DNA of 64,000 nt from Utricularia gibba (taxonomy: Eukaryota; Plantae; Magnoliophyta), in contig NEEC01000014.1 in assembly GCA_002189035.1 (NCBI GenBank), forward strand, positions 1,736,001 to 1,800,000, given 5' to 3'. Every line of letters begins with the position of its first letter. Positions within the stretch are counted from its first letter, which is position 1. The notes beneath the pieces are model-generated. The model was given only the letters and a program-made list of their open reading frames with translations. It made no database searches and was not told the DNA's origin. Below, one piece after another: positions 60,852 through 64,000 of the stretch. The position numbers were made by a program, and so were the translations under genes.

Positions 60852-61886
60852 TGTAATTATAACGGTCGTTGGTCAACTGGGAGGTTTGAACCTACCTTTG
60901 CGGGGGACACTTAGACGTTCGTTAATAACTAGATCGGCATTAATTAACATTAAATAATCACATAAATTTATTACCAAAGACAAAAAAACCAATATTTTTT
61001 AAAAGCAGAATAAAAAAATTGATTGGTTCAATTTTTAGCCTTTAATATTAAAGAATTATTATTAGACTATTGTCGCTGGCTTTTTATACGGAATTAAATT
61101 AATCATGTAAAAATAAAATATTGAATTTGCTTATGTATATAAAAATTATGATAAACTTCCAGAGCATATGCTAGAATAATTTTATATACGCTCCCCTTAT
61201 ATTATATTTTGATATAATCCGATCTACTTTATTCCAAAAATAAAAAAAAATAAAAAAAAGAATGCCATGAATTTCACGTGTTCACAACACGAGTATATTT
61301 TGGTAGGGTGCATTGTGGTCCACTTTTGATAAGATTGGAGACTTTGTAAGAAGGTGTAGATAAGAGCAATTATTGGAGGAGGAACTGTAGTTTTGTTCAA
61401 AGGGCAGGAGATGAGAGTCAAACACAGCGTGGGGCTGGCTCCAAAAACCACAAAACGACTCAGTCTTTTTCTTTTTTCTGTGGGTAGGTTGTTGGGGTAG
61501 GGTGGGGGTGGGGGAGACTTGGTCAAAATCCACACCTACACTAACAGAAGAAAAACTGAACTCTCTCTGTGGAAAGGGAACAGATCTTAGGAAATGAACA
61601 TGTGGGAATATGGAAACTAGGACAAGTCAGTGTACTTTTCACTCTTCATTGATGTGGAAACTTAGACAAGCTTAAATAGAATTTGTCTTGTAAAGGATTG
61701 CATCAGTGGAAGGAAGCTTACATGACAGTTCATGCTCTATCTACTGTGTAAAAAAAAAAAAACTCAGTACATGTTATTGTTTACAAGCTATTGGAGGGGA
61801 AAAATGTCAGCTAAAGTGGTTTGTATCAGCTGAAAAATGGGAGAAAGTGTATTCAGAGGAGATATGGAATCCATAAGCTCCTTATT

Positions 61887-61904
61887 TGTGTGTGTGTGTG
61901 TGTG
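61887..61904. repeat. (TG)9 microsatellite just downstream of the MED26-like stop codon
   Basis: Read directly from the sequence. Confidence 0.9.
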
Positions 61905-61912
61905 ACATTGCA

Positions 61913-64000
61913 TTACCGCCTTGTGTTAGACCATTGTTTTCTATGCATCCCAGGTTTAGTGTACTGGTTCCTTTGAGCAAGGCCCTGCTTTGGGAGATCA
62001 CGTAATTCGACAACTTGAATCGTTCGTTGCTTCTTAGCTGTTGAATAAGAGAAAAAAATTGTGCTGTGAGAAGGGTGATTCATGTGAGAAGAATGTAGAT
62101 GAGCTAACCGTTCTCTGCTTCTTGATATCGCTCCTGAAGCTTCCTCTTGGCAGCCTCCAGCTTCCTTCCAACTGAACCCTCATCGCAGGAAGCTGGCTTC
62201 TGTTGAAGATAAAATGCCTTTATATTTGTAAGTGAAGTGCAACAAGAGATGGTTCTCTTTAAGCATACATACCTCGAGCCTAGGCATCGGTTTCTGAGAT
62301 GCTCCACTCTTGTGTTCTTTCTCTGAATTCCTTCCATTGTTCAAATTTGGCCGAACGGGATCGGATTCCTTGAGCCAACTGGGTCGCTTCTTCAGTGTGG
62401 CTTCAACGTTTCTCTTCTGTTCTGCTTTTGGATCCTTTGGTAAAGCATGTGAGAAGTTGTTTGTGTTCACAGGCCCTTTCTGCGTGTAACTCTGCTTTGA
62501 AGTGCTTTCTCTTGTAATGGCTAAGTTGCCATTCTGATGAGGATCTAAAGCAGCATCAACAGCATGAATATCAATCAACATGTTTCAAACCAACAAGAAC
62601 GTAGCTCAAGATCAGAAAAAAGACTCACTTCCGTCGTCATCCATCCCATCAAAGAACTAAACAGAAAAAAAAAAAAGATCAATTCAGTGTACAGGATGAT
62701 GCATTACAAGTGAAAAAAATGCAACTAGGAGAGTATAATGTATGTACCCTGGAGAGCTCCATTGAACTGGGAGTGGTGAAGAAGGCTCCTTCGTCCATTG
62801 GAGGAGATGGAAGGCCTTCCTCATCTTCGACTGCAGAAGTCTTAACAGATTCTGTCGCAACTTCTTCTGCTGCAAGCAGTGGGAAGATCACCAAACACTC
62901 AATTCAGAACAGTACAAACAACTGAAGAACATAGATGAAAAAAACTGCAACTTTTTAGTAGGAGTACCTGCAATGGATGCTGTGGTACTGACCCAAGAAT
63001 CAACCATTACTTTCCAATCCCTGCGAATGGAGAAACAATCAGCAACACAATTAAATCAACTTCTTTATCATGAAACTTTTTATGGAAACTGTATCCCTCT
63101 AAACAATCATGAACCAAGAGTTTGCAAATTATCATCAGCCCCAAGTTCTAAACTTCATCAATGTCAACAGGCTATTCCATCTAAAGACTAGACTCAAAAG
63201 GGAAAATGAATGAAAAATATATAGAGGGAAGAGTGGCACTCGACTAATGTTCTTGCAAGACTTCGGATTTCCTTCGATCTATGTTTCCGAAGAGAGTTAA
63301 CAGACTTTCCAATCTCCGTACCCTGAACAATTAAGTGGCAAAGTTAGAGTGATTTTTTGAACTGCAAAAAGAAAAGGAATTCAAGATGAAACCTTGAGAG
63401 TCTCCACATTGAAAGCCATCAACCGAAGCCTCCTCAGAGACTCAAACAACAGTGAATCAGACTGTCCAAAAAAGGACATGTGAATCAGATTGAGACAAAC
63501 AAAAATCTCAAAACTTTAAAAAGTAAACAAACCTGTTCCTGATGGTTGTCAAGAATCTCTTTGATCCTCAAAACCTCCCCATGAAACTGATACTCTTCCT
63601 CGATCACATCAGTTAGAGCTTCAGCATCTCCATAGCTGAAATTGCTAATCTGATTCACTTTCGTCGCCATCTCTCTGTGATCTTCATTCTCATCTCTGCT
63701 ACAACTATTGACCTTGCTTTCCTTGGAATCTTTGCTACCCCCTGCTTCAACCACGCTCTTGGATTTGTCTTCACTTGGATTCAAACAATCGGTGTTGGGT
63801 AAAGCTAACTCAATTCGATCACAACCAAAACACTTAGTGGCCTTGCAAGAGAAGAGCAGTTCCGCAATCCTGTCCCTTTTCATTCTGAAATCGTAGGGAC
63901 AATCTGCGGCAGCTACAATTATCGCATGCTCGATTATCACAAAGATATCGCAGTTCGCCGTCCGAAAGTAAGACCTCCATTTGTCAAGACTGTCGAAATT
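61913..64000 (-). CDS. TFIIS-N-terminal-domain protein, probable Mediator subunit 26b-like. 5' end is truncated by the window edge.
   Basis: LDKWRSYFRTANCDIF.IIEHAIIVAAADCP.DFRMKRDRIAELLF; TFIIS-N motif LRRLRLM...LK|GTEIGKSVNSLRKH; LPSPPMDEGAFF; FFDGMDDDG; KLEAAKRKLQERYQEAENAKKQRTIQVVEL.DLPKQ. Stop TAA at 61913. Confidence 0.88.

Noticed and set aside
1-64000. CRISPR arrays, prokaryotic operons or defence systems, rRNA genes, autonomous transposons
   Set aside because: All genes are spliced or typical plant nuclear genes. I saw no repeat-spacer array and no transposase or reverse-transcriptase ORF.

Overview
This is eukaryotic plant nuclear DNA (eudicot), not prokaryotic. It is very compact: 21 intact or near-intact protein-coding genes plus one pseudogene in 64 kb (about 3 kb per gene), with introns as short as 60 nt and some intergenic gaps of 240-400 bp. 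That compaction would fit a miniature asterid genome such as Lentibulariaceae, but the species cannot be proven from the sequence. Genes in order: DUF309 protein(-), HINT1(+), At5g17910-like acidic protein(+), calmodulin(+), COX5C(-), GH51 arabinofuranosidase pseudogene(+), intact GH51 arabinofuranosidase(+), RING-H2 E3 ligase(+), PSRP5(-), VQ/CaMBP25-like(-), NAC-alpha(-), QALGGH C2H2 zinc finger with EAR motif(-), kinase-PP2C fusion(-), cystatin(+), bZIP17/28-like(-), LUX/PCL1-like(-), CIP111/AFG2 AAA-ATPase(-), cyclin B1(-), SPT6L(+), SCAB(-), an 82-aa small protein(+) and MED26b-like(-, start lies beyond the window). I found no tRNA, rRNA, CRISPR array or autonomous transposon. I cannot support a genuinely novel multi-gene system here. 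The most notable observations are: five genes each broken by a single missing base at a homopolymer (most likely assembly error); a decayed, internally deleted tandem GH51 copy; a candidate stop-containing micro-exon in NAC-alpha; a cyclin 3' UTR that overlaps the CIP111 promoter; an orphan promoter-like site II cluster between two convergent genes; and a cystatin that may have lost its C-terminal extension. Gene names come from recalled family motifs, not from database searches.
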